Source of the DNA: Takakia lepidozioides
Taxonomy: Eukaryota > Plantae > Bryophyta
Direction: 5' to 3'
DNA length: 64,000 nucleotides
Assembly (NCBI GenBank): GCA_030704615.1
Contig: CM060733.1
Span: 7,998,001 to 8,062,000 of the forward strand
Shown here piece after piece: positions 49,867 through 62,640 of this stretch. The position numbers and the translations under genes were made by a program. Every line of letters begins with the position of its first letter. Position 1 is the stretch's first letter. The notes beneath the pieces were generated by a model. It made no database searches, was not told the origin of the DNA, and was given only the letters and a program-made list of their open reading frames with translations.

Positions 49867-49939
49867 GGGGGCGTAGCTCAAATGGAAGAGCGCTCGCTTT
49901 GCATGCGAGAGGTAGCGGGATCGATACCCGCCGCCTCCA
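49867..49939 (+). tRNA. trnA-UGC: tRNA-Ala (anticodon UGC)
   Basis: Cloverleaf: acceptor stem GGGGGCG/CGCCTCC with G3:U70, D-arm GCTC/GAGC, anticodon arm CTCGC-TT TGC AT-GCGAG, T-arm GCGGG-ATCGATA-CCCGC, discriminator A. A T-run follows about 22 nt downstream. Confidence 0.97.
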
Positions 49940-50820
49940 TCAACCAAGATGCATACTGGACTTTTTCTGTTTTCTTTAAGTTTTTTCTTTCATTTATTAC
50001 GTTCATTGCTACTTTTTGAGCTCCCTGTGCACACGACGAAGTTGTACTCGACAAGCCCTTCTTCGGACTTCCAGATTGAAGGCGGCCTTTTGAGGTTTCT
50101 AGGGGAGGTCTGCAGTGTGGCAATCACCCACCTACAGAAGGCATTGATTTCCTTGTGTTTGTCTCTTCAATCTGGGGGAGTGTACACACCACACAAAGTT
50201 TTGACTGGCAGTTTGTGAAGTCAGGCTCCCAAATTGCAATGCTTTGTGAACATTGATCCCTATTGAGGATCGATGCACTCACATTTGACATACATGTCCA
50301 GCAGGGCAGTGTTCAGGATGACATCTGGTACAAATCCAGCTTACAGAGCATAAGGGGGATGTTTTACTCTTTGGTCCTATCTCTTGAGCTGAAGGCTTTG
50401 GAAGTCTTACAAGGTGAACTGAAGAGTTTAATGTCTACAGATTTTGAGAACCAGTCCAGTCTTACACATCTCTTAAGATGTTCCAAGACGTGGACCCAAA
50501 ATGGAGGTTCAAACCCAACCATAGGTGAGTGCATCTGTTTGCTGCCTTCCCTGTGAAGGTGATTGTTCTGAAAAATGAAGTTTTGCCTGCCTCTTTGTGG
50601 CTCCTTCAGTTCTCTACTAGAGGCGTGGATGCACTATGACCCCGCATAGGTCCTGCGAAAACATACTTCTGTTTCTTTACCAACATGAAACTTGGGCGCT
50701 GCATGTAGTGATGTTGAATGTTACGTATGCTGCAGCTGAAGTGTATCTATGTGATAAGAGAAGTTGATTAACAAAGTGATTCAAGGACATGGAAGGTCTA
50801 CAACTAGCCTCCAGAACTAA

Positions 50821-53800
50821 TTAGTAAGAAAGAGGAGGGGAGGTGGTGAGTCTATGCTGGTCTAGCAAACCCAAGACAGTGGATGCAGCAGCCATGCTTG
50901 GCATTTGAGAATGGCTCTCCAGCATATAAGATGACCCATCAGAGTGCAAACACATAGATGTAGGGGGGGCCAGCATGGCCAAGACTTGCTCTGCTGCTTG
51001 GGCTTGTCTCTTCTGCACTTCGTCACTTGTCAGCACTTTCCTGACAAACAAGGAACATAATTCGTTATGTCTGCAGGAGGCCCAAAGTGAAGAATTAGCG
51101 AGAAGAGAATGTACTGATGCTGTTCCCTGCAAACATAGGTGTGCCATAGCTTATCCCTGCAGCTCAGCTGCAGGTATAAAATTATTTTCCCACAACTGTA
51201 TTAAGGCACTCAGAGAGGCCCTTTGTCCGGAAGCAAACTTGACAGCCTGGTGCAGGATTACTAGTGAGGAGATAGAGAGAAAAGAGAGATCTATTACACT
51301 TGCCAGAGGCTCAAAGAGCCCAATGGACCAATAGAACAACTGCGGAGAGAAAGAACGAAGGTTTATAAGGTCTACGATGGGCCCCAAGGGCGATGGGCAA
51401 GGGGAGAGAGGGATCGTTCCATCTAAACATTCACTGAAAAACATTAGCAAACAAGATTCTAAAACAGCCTAAAATTTGGCAGGAGAGAAAGATTCACTCA
51501 TTGACCATTTCCTGTGAATGCTGGAAATTTTCACCACAGTCCCTGCAATATAATAACCCTCTCGAAGCTGGTTGTGAGCTTTCAGCCCACCAGGGTGCAA
51601 TAAGACTCATCATGAAAGCCAGAGCACTTTCACAGAGTGAACAACACTCTAGGTAGAGTGAATTGAAAGAAAGAAAGCCAGTAACTCTATTACTTCCAGC
51701 ATTGTCTTAGTCAGCTAACCACACCCTGGAGCCAGTTGTGTGTTCAACTGAACGAAGGAATAACACTGACTCCAATTACATCACCACTGCCAACAGAGCT
51801 GATGATAACTCAGTTACATGATTAATATATGTGTTGGTTTGAAGGCCTGCAACTAAAAGTAGAAGCTCAAATAGGTAGTAGAGACTAGAGACCAACCTGA
51901 GGAGCCCGGCCAAATGCTCAGGTGTACATGCAGCAAATAGAGATTCAGGGATCACAGCTTGATCGAGTAAAATGTTGGGAAGCGAAATGAACCGTAGTTT
52001 CGTGCGCGACTGGATAAGCCACTCTGTCAAGGGGTGCGCACGATATGCTACCACACTTGGCACACGGGCCATCTGTAACTGTACCACTGCTGTTCCTGAT
52101 GTGCATAACCCTGCATTACTTGCCTGCAAGACATAATGGACAGATCAATGCATGCTAGGACATAAAACACCTACCTCTGAACATGAAGAAAGAAACACCC
52201 CAACTAACAATGTGCTAGGATGTTGTAAGGTCTCTGGTGGTAAAAAAACTGTAGCCAGGGGCTTTACTTGAAAATAGAGAAAATTTGACCATTCAAGGAC
52301 TGCCAAGACATCAATGAAGAATCTCTCACACATCCCTCTCCAACCAGACCAAGCTCACGATTAAAAGGTAATGCATTGCTTACTGCAAAAGCATCATACT
52401 TGAGTCGCTCTGAAGCGCCGGGCAGCAATATAACGGGTGTCTTCCATCCCTTTACCAGCCTTGCCACAGTATCTGTGACAAGAGGACTCGGTGCAGTTGG
52501 AATGACTGCTGTAACATTCTGCACCTTGTCAGCTAGATACCCCAATGCCCCTTCAAAGAGGGGCAGCATGCGCTTCACTTCCTGTAGACGACTGCCTGGT
52601 AGTACAGTCAGCACTGTTGCACCTGCTTTCCGTGGACCAACAGGGAAGTTTCATTAGAGGGCTGCAGCACTGGATCTCCACTGCAAGGAACCAATGCTTC
52701 AGCAAAAATTAGGTGAAAGCTTGTTGAAGGGTATCAAGACATGGAAAGGCACAGAGGTAATTCAAGAACACTACATGATCCCCAGGCTAGAAGTGACAGC
52801 CTAGTTCCTCAAGACACATTGATGTGCTGCATATTCTATCATGCCTGTGTGCATTGAGAGGTAGTCTTACTGCCTCTATTTTGATCTATGTGTGGGTAAT
52901 ACACTCCTAACGGTGGCGGCTTCATCTCCATATGCCAACATCATGAACAATATAACAAAATAAATATTAAAATCCAAGGTACAAGAATGACCTGGGTGCA
53001 AGCCATGATGTTTCCGAAACCCAGGTCCGTCTCCTTTTATCCACCACATGTGTGCAGGAATCTCCTCAATCTACAGATCAAACATTAGCAATTGACGATT
53101 TCATTCTCCACTTGGTCTGCTCTCAAGTTATGTCTATTTTGAACGGCAGACAAAGCTAAGCTCACATGTCAGCCCACATAACAGATAAAGAACAAATCAG
53201 CACCAGATGCAAGTGGGCAAAGGTACCAGAGGCCGCGTACAGCAACATTCCTAAAAGCATCGTCCAGCACGGGATGTCCAACAAAGGTAGATCCCACCCC
53301 ATGTGCTTTGCATAGTGCCTCTTCAAAGGGAAGAATACACAACAAGTGGTCAACCGTGCCTGCCAGGTGCCTCAGCTTTTCCTCGCCCCCTTTCCAAGCC
53401 CAATATGAGGGAGCAACATAATGCACCAAGAGAGGCCGTGGAAATCCCATTTTACGATATGAAGCTGCAAGGGAGACAGGTTACATCAGATTCCGTTGCA
53501 GGATACAGATAGTACCAAGAGGAAAAGAAGGAGAATCACCAAGGGCCTGCAGGACCAAATGAGAGTTGCAATGAACTTACAAAACCGAAAACCCATCAAG
53601 CAATCTCTGTGAGGGAAAAGAAAAATATTGATTGTATTTACACAAGGCCAGAAGGTCTGTAAGGTGCATTAGAACTACAGGAGAAACCTAGAGAAGAAGA
53701 AAAAATATAGGAACAAAAATTATTACATCTACAGGAGACACAAACAGCCTAGGGAACTATGTATAAGAGAAAGAAATGAAACAAAATCATTTTGTCCACA

Positions 53801-55181
53801 TGAGGCCCTAGGCAGCCCAGAGACAGCGCCAAAAATACGCAATGGAGGGCAATACCTGCAATGCTGCGAAGAGCACGGAAAGAGAAGCCCTTGGCATCTA
53901 TTGTGATGACTACATGGGGCTCGAAGTGAATGGCTGCTGCAACTGTCTGCCGCAGGCGCACCTGAGAAACATATCAGCATAGCACTCGGCTTAGTGTGTG
54001 ATTCTTATCTGCTTCCCTGAAAGTCAGCTAACAGTTCATAAGGGATCTCACCCAAAGGCGTAAAAGGTGGGGAAAAAGCTCTGCAACCCCCATGACTGCA
54101 ATCTCCTCCATCTTGAACTCTGTATGTAGACCCTGGTCCTCCATCAAAGCTCTGTACACCACGCCCAAATCTCCAGAGTCAAAATACAGGATGCCATTCA
54201 TTGAGAATTATCAAATTCTCTCACCCTGCCAATTTTCCACGGTAGAGCTGCAACAGAATCTACATTTGTTGCTGACATCCAAGGACATGGAAACTTCAGG
54301 TCACAAGTACAAATTAAGGAGGAACTAGCAATTTTGAAGATGCAACAGCATTGTTGCTTGTGGCTGCTAATTTCACCCAACTCCAAAAAATACATCGGCG
54401 ATCCGTCCTTATCAATTGATATAAGAAATCCGACTTCGTGAGGGCATCCAATAAAACCAAATATGATGCACCTGTAACCCCAAGAGTGTAATACATCTAG
54501 TCTTATGGTAGCCTCAAACCCTGAACCCTAAACAACCACGATACATGATAAGTTTCAGGTACAGTAATGAACTGACATGTCGTTGCCCGTTCCCTGTGAA
54601 GTTAGCTATAACATAACTGCGGGGCATGGTACCTCTCGCAGCCAATAGTTGGGTTCACCCAGCTCAGAATCACCTCAGAACTAGAACAGGGAATGGGTTG
54701 CTGATTAAGGGTTGGCTGCAAAGCATGATGTCAAACTCATTGTATGGCTACGGTAGCACTACCAGGGGCATAGGAAGTGTGCAATTTCATTTTGAAACTT
54801 TTTGGAGAAGGAACCGCTGTAACCTGAATTTCGAAGGTCTCGATGTGATTTCGCAGAGTGATTGACCTAGTGATCGCACAGCCAAACTAGCATGGAAAGT
54901 GCATTTTTGAGATCAAACAGATTGACCTACCCTCCAACCCCAGCAAACCGCAAGGGCTTGGGAGAAAGCCGCCGCAGAGATTCCATGAGGCGGCTGCCAA
55001 TCACATCCCCAGAAGGCTCCCCAGCCAGGATAAACACTCGCGTTTCCTGGATATCCGTCCGCCCACTTGCCACAGTTGAGAGAGGAGACCAGAAATCTTT
55101 TTTACAGAAAAGCTTCCACGATGAGGATGACACTGCCAGTGCTCCTTTCGTGGCACCACGGGACCAAGCCCACATAGCCAT
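50821..55181 (-). CDS. LPXB: Lipid-A-disaccharide synthase (plant organellar LpxB), about 8 exons
   Basis: Exonic motifs in order: RVFILAGEPSGDVIGSRLM...FAGVG, EEIAVMGVAEL, PHVVITIDAKGFSFR, VHYVAPSYWAW...CILPFE...FVGHP, LPGSRLQEV, SGTAVVQL...PSVVAYR...SLPNILL, MPSMAAA. Separated by GT-AG introns. Confidence 0.93.
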
Positions 55182-58100
55182 GGAACCCAAGCCCCTTCTT
55201 GATATCTGGGACTAGTACCCCTTCCCCACTACAAGCGACTGCTGCTTCGGGAAACCCAAAAACATGCATGAAATTCCACACAGGAAACTTTCGAGGGTTG
55301 AAATATCTCGTGAGCCCTGCTCCTCTTTCTCCTCTCAGCGCAGACCCCACTGGACTCACAGAAGTGACCTAGGATTCAAAATCCACATAGGTCACACTAA
55401 GCTCCAGTACATACCATCGGCAGCCCGAGACACATGCAGCACTAATGTGCCCTATTCGATTTGCTGGGTCTGTCGCCACTCCATATGCTTTGTATATTCA
55501 TACCCTAATTTGATCTTTCTTCCAGTTTTCCTCTATTTCTCTCGTTGTCTCTTCTTTATTGCGCACACCGGAAAGCTCGCCCTTCTTAAAACATTAGCGC
55601 TTCAGTTTTCGAAGTTTGTAGTTCTGGAGGCTTATCACTGTTAGTTACAAGCACTTTGGAAAGGAATGGGCTGCCTCATACAACACAGAAGAAGAGTGTG
55701 GGCACACCAAACTAGCTAAATGGACAACTCATCAGTCCCATTGTTTCGTTTGGCCTGGCCATAGTGTGTGCACCCGGACTAATCTTTTTAGAGCTTTCAT
55801 CAACCGATCTAGAGAGCAGATTGAAGCATTCTGATTTCATTTTGCACAAAGTGAGCTTCCATTTTCCTTGTCGTACTTCTGTGCGGGTCTCGTAAGTGTA
55901 TCATGGCCCAGTTGTGGTGTAGTATAGAATGGATTCAGAGATCCATTTTGCGCTCAGTGTGGTTATGTTAGGCTATACCTTGACGAGCTTTTGAACATCC
56001 GCTTACGGTGCCCCCCCATACCATTCTTGTGGTGTTCTGTGGCTGTGAGACTGGAAGTTATTGGAATTTCTCATTAGGGAGCAAGGCGTATGTAAAATAT
56101 TTCTATTCGTTGCATCAATGGAGGGGCCTGGGGGGTTGGTGCGACAGGTCTTGACAATCTTTCTTGAAGATCTAGTCATGGTTTTCTCTGTTCAAAGGTT
56201 TTCTTGAATGATGGTTGCTTCTATCTGCAAGACAGATTAGACATTTTTGTACTTTTAAGTGTACACTGGTGTCTAAACTTATAACACAAATCTGAGTGTT
56301 AGTGCAATTTTTGAATCCAAACTGCTCATAAATGCAAAGTCCACCAGACATTTTTCACCACAAATGAAAAAGAGACCATCTTGAAGGTAAAATTATACTC
56401 TTCTGATAATACGGGGCCCGCCTCTTCTGTCTCGCTCACTGCCTTTGGCGGATTTGATGCACGCAGTGGGATGGGACACTCAATCTTGCAGCTAGATTCT
56501 GGGCTAGTGTCGTTCTCTTGCTTTTTACCTATACACAACCCAGGTGGCGAGTTTGAGCAAAAGCCCAACATGATGTGACTGTACATAAGATTAGAACGGG
56601 AAGAAGAGAGGACCAAACAACAAAGGAAAAGCTGACACTGAAGCAAATCAAGCTCATCCAGCGTCCCAACCTGCCACTGCCTGATGTAACTCAGACAGCA
56701 AAAGGAGAGTGGGGTCACCAGTCCGGCCGCCTCTGCCTGGCGTAAAATGGACATGGCTTGAACAGCAACGTCATAAATCCGTTCTCTGAAGAAAGCCAGA
56801 GCACGTTTTGTTCCTTTGTGATTGTGTTACAAAGGGGTTTCTCTCTAGCGGAAATTCAGTCACATAACGACTAACGACTCGACCCATATTATCGCTGAAC
56901 TGCGCTCAAGCATGATCAAGTGAATTGGCGCCTCGCCATAATAATCCAAATCACAGGGTTTGTGATGCATTGAAGATCAAACTCAGACCTAATCCGGATA
57001 CCCGAAATTTTCCTTCATAACTAATTGCAGAAACATTCCACTTCTTCATGAACAATTGAAGAACACGTTCATGAGTGCTATCTGGCTAATCATGACGATC
57101 ACCTGACTACAGAAGAGGTATGACAACTCTGAAGTCTAGACTGATTTTGGGGTTCACATGGTAATAAGAGAATATCAGAGGTATCCCTGGTGTTCCTCAA
57201 GGAAGATCTGGGAGTGTCCATCCCCAGGGGTTTGAGCTATTTTTCCATGCCTCCCTGTCACTTGAGGGCAAACTCTTGTAGCCGCAGCTAAACGACCAGA
57301 AGGGATTGCAGAAGGTGGCCGGTCTGTTGCCTTCAATAGACAAACGGCTACAGGTACCATGCCAACGCGTAGCCAAGAGCGGGGGGAGGAAGAGCGACCC
57401 CCATTTATGAGAAGAGCGACAGAATATATGTGTTGCAGTACACCCTGTTGAACGCAAGTGCCAACATGCTTGGAATGCTTGCTTCTGCAAGTAGAAGTGC
57501 CAGAACCCAAAACGGGCCACTTATCGTCTAAGAGTTAAAGCTCTTGAAATGCATCTCCTGGCTCGACACGAATTATAGCCGAATTATAAGCTGAGCCGCA
57601 TTGAGATCAGAAGAGCAGGTACTGACATCTAAAGGTTTATCTAGTCCTGGAGGGCCTGGTCATTCAAGACGAGCTGCACAAACAACTAATTTTCCAGTGT
57701 AGTGAAATCAGGCAAACCGTCCCTTGTTTTCCTTACCGATTGCATGCAACTATCATTGCCCCGAACCAGCGAAGAAGAAGCTTCAGAAAAAGCACAAACA
57801 CTAGCAGTGGACATCATAAAACTTACGTAATCCCAACAGAGGGGAAGAGATAAGAGATCGAGAAACAACATAGTTTTCAATAACTGTAGAAAAGTTTAGA
57901 CATTCAGACGTTCAGAGTTCAGAGACCTCGAGCAAACACAAAGTTGATGGAGGCAGAGGTCTCAGTAGAAGCATGCTGCCTGTGGGCCATGCCTCACACT
58001 TATTTCCTGCAACGCTCGATCTCGTCAGACGGAAGCCGACGGACTTTACCGGCGAACACAGACACGCCTGACTACCGCACTGCCACCAAATTTGAATTAG

Positions 58101-60285
58101 GGCGGTCTCTCTGACAGCCGTTCCCTGCCGGCAACGTCAGTGTCCGTCAGTTGCTCTCCTGACGTACGGTCACTTCACAACGAACGCAACTGTTCATCCA
58201 AATAAGTAATAGTATTTATGGCAATCAAAAGAAGTCAAACCGTAGAATCTATCCCTTGTCAACGTACAATCATCTTTCTTACTTTACCCTGTCAGACGCA
58301 TGTTTACTACTAATTAACTCACTAACCAAATCACTAATCTACTTACTAATCTGCTCACTAATCCGATGGCTTGCGAGCACCCTGATTTGTGGAGAGCGGT
58401 GGCGGCGCTCCGTTTTTGTTTTTAGGGTATATATAGTTACCCACCGGATATTTTAGGGTATATATATCTACGCAGAAGGATATTTTCACCGGCTGCCCGT
58501 GCACCTACGTACAAGGGCGCCAGCTGCTTGGTTTTATCGTGACTCTGCACCCAACGAGAACATCCCACGTGGCCACTCATGACTAGTCTTGCGCTTTACG
58601 GTCGTAGAGTCACTTCTAAGTTCCGGAAATAGGAAGGAGTGGTTAGTGAAGTACATATTGAGTGGGTTTTTTGTAGTGTCGGGATTCGAACCCAAGCCCA
58701 GCTGGGTGCTTGTAACGGGCCCGAAATCCAACAATGTATAACAGTTAATTCGGGCGTGATTGGAGCTCAACAGTCGAGGCGATCTGGCGACATATGCCAA
58801 ATAGCCATTACTTACTACCTGAATTTGACCCCAGGATCTCAGCACTTATTGAGTCCCCTCATTTATGACGATTAGTTATCCATATTTTTTATTTACTAAC
58901 ATTAGATATCACTTACGGTCGTGATAAGACAAGTATTGCGACACCCCGGCAAAAATTTTAATGTATTCATAATCCACGTAGTTTTCGACTAATAATAATT
59001 TTGATTATTTAGAATAAAGTTAGTGTACGAGAAACTGTAAGAAGTCAGCGAGGACGACTATGTTCATCCATTTTGCTTGCGACCTTCATCTAATCAACTG
59101 CAGGGTTTGGTCTTCCTGGCTGCGGTTAGTTAATGCGTGGTAAGACTAAGTCACTAATCCGTCGCGTAATGCAAGCGCAGGTGCCCAGAAAGAAAATAGA
59201 GGATTGGAGGCCTGCCCGGAAGGGCTGCCCTCCACACGTGCGGATGCTCCCCATGCGCTGCTGTTGGGCTTCTCGCTCGGCACTCTCGTCTGTCTGTCTG
59301 TTGTCTCTCTCCCCCGCTCGTCCCCCGCGTCGCTGCTTCTTTCCTTCCTCGGATCAAGTCTGTTGGCACATGTTGAGCTGCACCCAAGCATTTTCTTCTG
59401 TTTCTTTGCGGGGTTGTATGTCGAAGTTGCGTGTTTCTTGCCTTCGTCGGGGGTCAGGGGACTGGGAGTGTTCGGTTTCTCTCTGTTGTAGGACTTGCCT
59501 GTTTCCTCAGCGCTTTCTCTCCGCGGGTGCTTTTTCAACTGCATTCAGCCTGTCTGTGTGGTGCTTGTAGCGTGGTTGGACTTTTTGTCTTCCTGTCCGT
59601 CTCGCTCGCTCTGGCTGGATGGTCTTCTGTAATGGCGACAGTTTGGTTGAGTCTTGTCGTCTATTACCTGGAGTGGCTTTAGTGTTTTCTATAACCCCCC
59701 AACTCCTCTCGCAGCTTATCGTTATGAGCACGGTCCTGTGGTAGGTTTGGATAATTTTCAAGCTTTGTTACGTTATGGGGATTTCTTCCTCTCTCTCCGA
59801 TGTCCGTTCTGGAAACTCTCCTCTTGACAGGTCACGCCTGCATGCTCATCAGAATTGTAGAAGTGAGGCGTGCAGGAGTTATGCAGGAATCGGTTGGAAA
59901 GGTGAGGCGAGCAGTTGTGCCACTCCCCTGTCCTTTTTCTCTGCTCCTGCCTCGGGCAGTATGTCCTAGGAGTGGAGAAGGCGGGCCAAGCAGGGAGAAA
60001 ACTCACAAAAGAGTAGTGTTTTTTTTGAAGATTTCCGGTTCTTAAGAGAGGTCCACTGATGCAGACCAATAGAGTGGGCGGTAGTATTATCGGCGCCCTG
60101 CATTTCTTTGATACCACTGACCGACATTGCCAAGCTTCATATGTACTTGGCAACGTACTGCCATCACTTGGAAGTTCGGCGCCTTCATGGGCACTCCAAG
60201 GCGCAAAATGCTTGTCATTCGAGACTCTCAAGATACGGAAAGGAATGTGCGTTGGGGGGCCCGATGTCCAGTAGAGTCCCCGAGG

Positions 60286-62640
60286 ATGCGCACAGCTCAG
60301 ATGCTTGTTCTTTTTCTTGCTTTTCTCTCTGGAATTGTGGGTTCACATGGATTCGGATACATGTCCACAATAGCAGCTTCTTATGGTGAAGCGGGTGTAG
60401 TGTGTGCGATTGAGGCAAGTGGGGAACAGCAGGTACTTTGCTGGGGAAGAAATAATTCACAGGTGGTTACTCTCTCCACCTCTGTTCCTGAGCCATTTCT
60501 GGCTATATCTGGCGGCGATGGCTTCATGTGCGGATTGAAAGCCCGCAGTTCCCAACCCTTCTGCTGGCAAGGAAATAACACGGACGTGAACACAATTCCC
60601 CAGGAGTATCAAACCCAGAGCTACAAATCTCTTGCCGCAGGAGCATATCACGTATGTGGGATCCCAGCTACTCCCTCTAGGTACGGAAATCTTGCACGGG
60701 TAGATTGTTGGGGGACAAGTGCGAATGGGGGAAGTTTTCCCACACCTAGCCTGTCAGCACTTGAGTCGATTGTAGCAGGCAACGGGTTCGCTTGTGGGGT
60801 CTATAAGCAGACCAAAACCGCCGTCTGCTGGGGTGACTCCCAGCGGAATGTGACCACGCCTCTAAAGAAAGTCCGGTTTGAGAGTCTGTCTGCAGGCAGG
60901 GACCATGTGTGTGGAATAGCCATGCGCAGCAAGGTTGCAATTTGCTGGGGGGATAACAGCAGAGGGCAAGCTGACGCCCCCACCAATATCTCCTTCATGG
61001 CCATTGCTTCCGGATTCTATCATACTTGTGGGATATTAAATAGCAGTCATGAGGTGCAGTGCTGGGGAGATGCGAGCATCAATCGAACAGTGGTGCCCGT
61101 CGGAGCAGATTTTATGGCTCTCACTGCTGCCTCTAATGTGACATGTGGAGTGAGAGAAAACAATTTGTTAGCAGTCTGTTGGGGGGACGGCGCAAACTAT
61201 CAACCACCCCTCGAGCTCTTCAGCCCTGGGATTTGTGGCAGTGCGCCATGTGGTAGAGGGGAGTTTGCATTCAACTCCAGTGTGATAGACAGCACCCTCC
61301 CAAGCATTTGTTTCAATAGGTCTCAGAGAGTCTGTGCTCCTTGTGCTGGGACATGCCCACCAGGGACCTTTCTATCATCTGCATGCTCGGCCGACTCAGA
61401 CAGGCAATGTACGGACTGCTCGCTCTGCCAGAATTCTCTCTGCCAGGCTGTTTGTAGAGCTCACTCTATTCCAGTGGGTGCGCCATTCAGTGACATCTAC
61501 AAAACTACCGTGAGGGATGAGGGTACAGGCGCAATCGTTGCCGCAGCAACAGTTGGGGGGGTCGTGGTAGCCCTGCTATGTGCATTGCTGCTCTGCGTGG
61601 TGTATAGAAAAAGAGTAACACATTCCCTCTTTCGGTGTGGGTCTAAGACGCGGGACTCAGTAGAGAATGGCCTCATGCAGACTTCATCCTGTGCGACTTC
61701 CATCTCAGGTCACACTCGAAAGCCCTCACATGAAATGATTCGCATGCAAGCTTTCCGCTTGGCCGAGCTGCGGGATGCAACTAATGGCTTCAAGGAGCTC
61801 AACGAACTTGGACGGGGCAGCTACGGCTTTGTCTACAAAGCATTGCTTCCCGATGGGCGCCAGGTAGCAGTCAAACGAGCCAATGCTGCCCGACGCATCC
61901 ACTGCAACAGCCGAGATTTTGAGTCGGAGCTCGAACTTCTGTGCAAATTGAGGCATTCACAGCTGGTTAATCTGGTGGGATACTGTGAGGAGATGGGGGA
62001 GAGGCTTCTGGTCTACGAGTTCATGCCTAACGGCACGCTTCACGACCATCTCCATGGAGGGCTCGCGCAACTCAGTTGGGCTTTGCGATACAAGATCGCA
62101 GTGCAATCTGCTCGGGGAATAGAATACCTACACAAGGACGCATGCCCGCGAGTAGTACACAAAGATATCAAGTCCTCTAATATTCTGCTGGACGGTGATT
62201 GGAATGCTCGGGTGGCAGACTTCGGGTTGTCTCTCTCAGCTGGGGTGCCTTCAGGGGACGCCAAGGATGAGCGCATGTCACCAGTCCAGCAGTCTGCGGT
62301 AGGCTACACTGATCCTGATTACTTCAAGTCCCAAAGCTTCACTGACAAGAGTGATGTTTACAGCTTTGGAGTAGTACTGCTAGAAATCTTGTGCGGGAGG
62401 AAGGCATTTGACACGGACTACAGCATTCCCAGCATTGTTGCCTGGGCCGCCCCTTATGTTCAACAAGGGAAAGCAGCATCTATTCTTGATTCAAGCTTAG
62501 AGCTACCAAAGAGTGTGGACCCTTTGTTGAGAGTGGCAGAGATTGCAGAGTTGTGTGTCCGACAGGCACCTGATGAAAGGCCTGGCATTTCGGACGTCGC
62601 AGCATGGCTTGAGCTCGTGGGGCGGGGCCATGCCTTGTAG
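60286..62640 (+). CDS. CRINKLY4-related receptor-like kinase (CCR1/CCR2 type), intronless
   Basis: Signal-peptide-like stretch after Met 60286. Crinkly/RCC1-like repeats (CWG, SAGxxHxCG), a TNFR-like Cys-rich region and a TM segment. Kinase with ELGRGSYGFVYKA, VAVKRANAA, HKDIKSSN, DFGL and KSDVYSFG. Confidence 0.93.
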   Translation: MRTAQMLVLFLAFLSGIVGSHGFGYMSTIAASYGEAGVVCAIEASGEQQVLCWGRNNSQVVTLSTSVPEPFLAISGGDGFMCGLKARSSQPFCWQGNNTDVNTIPQEYQTQSYKSLAAGAYHVCGIPATPSRYGNLARVDCWGTSANGGSFPTPSLSALESIVAGNGFACGVYKQTKTAVCWGDSQRNVTTPLKKVRFESLSAGRDHVCGIAMRSKVAICWGDNSRGQADAPTNISFMAIASGFYHTCGILNSSHEVQCWGDASINRTVVPVGADFMALTAASNVTCGVRENNLLAVCWGDGANYQPPLELFSPGICGSAPCGRGEFAFNSSVIDSTLPSICFNRSQRVCAPCAGTCPPGTFLSSACSADSDRQCTDCSLCQNSLCQAVCRAHSIPVGAPFSDIYKTTVRDEGTGAIVAAATVGGVVVALLCALLLCVVYRKRVTHSLFRCGSKTRDSVENGLMQTSSCATSISGHTRKPSHEMIRMQAFRLAELRDATNGFKELNELGRGSYGFVYKALLPDGRQVAVKRANAARRIHCNSRDFESELELLCKLRHSQLVNLVGYCEEMGERLLVYEFMPNGTLHDHLHGGLAQLSWALRYKIAVQSARGIEYLHKDACPRVVHKDIKSSNILLDGDWNARVADFGLSLSAGVPSGDAKDERMSPVQQSAVGYTDPDYFKSQSFTDKSDVYSFGVVLLEILCGRKAFDTDYSIPSIVAWAAPYVQQGKAASILDSSLELPKSVDPLLRVAEIAELCVRQAPDERPGISDVAAWLELVGRGHAL

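Noticed and set aside
50821-55181. lpxB as bacterial contamination or recent horizontal transfer
   Set aside because: It has multiple spliceosomal introns, and plant nuclear LpxB is established.
55900-57900. Short minus-strand ORFs (56326-56754, 57175-57520) as exons of a gene
   Set aside because: I could not build a consistent splice model or recognise a domain. An uncharacterised gene or lncRNA cannot be excluded without RNA data.
59133-60045. Overlapping ORFs upstream of the receptor kinase
   Set aside because: CT-rich low-complexity sequence typical of a 5' leader or intron, with no protein motifs.
60127-60285. N-terminal 53 aa of the 837-aa ORF
   Set aside because: The track start is a TTG. 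The signal-peptide-like segment follows the ATG at 60286, the more plausible start.
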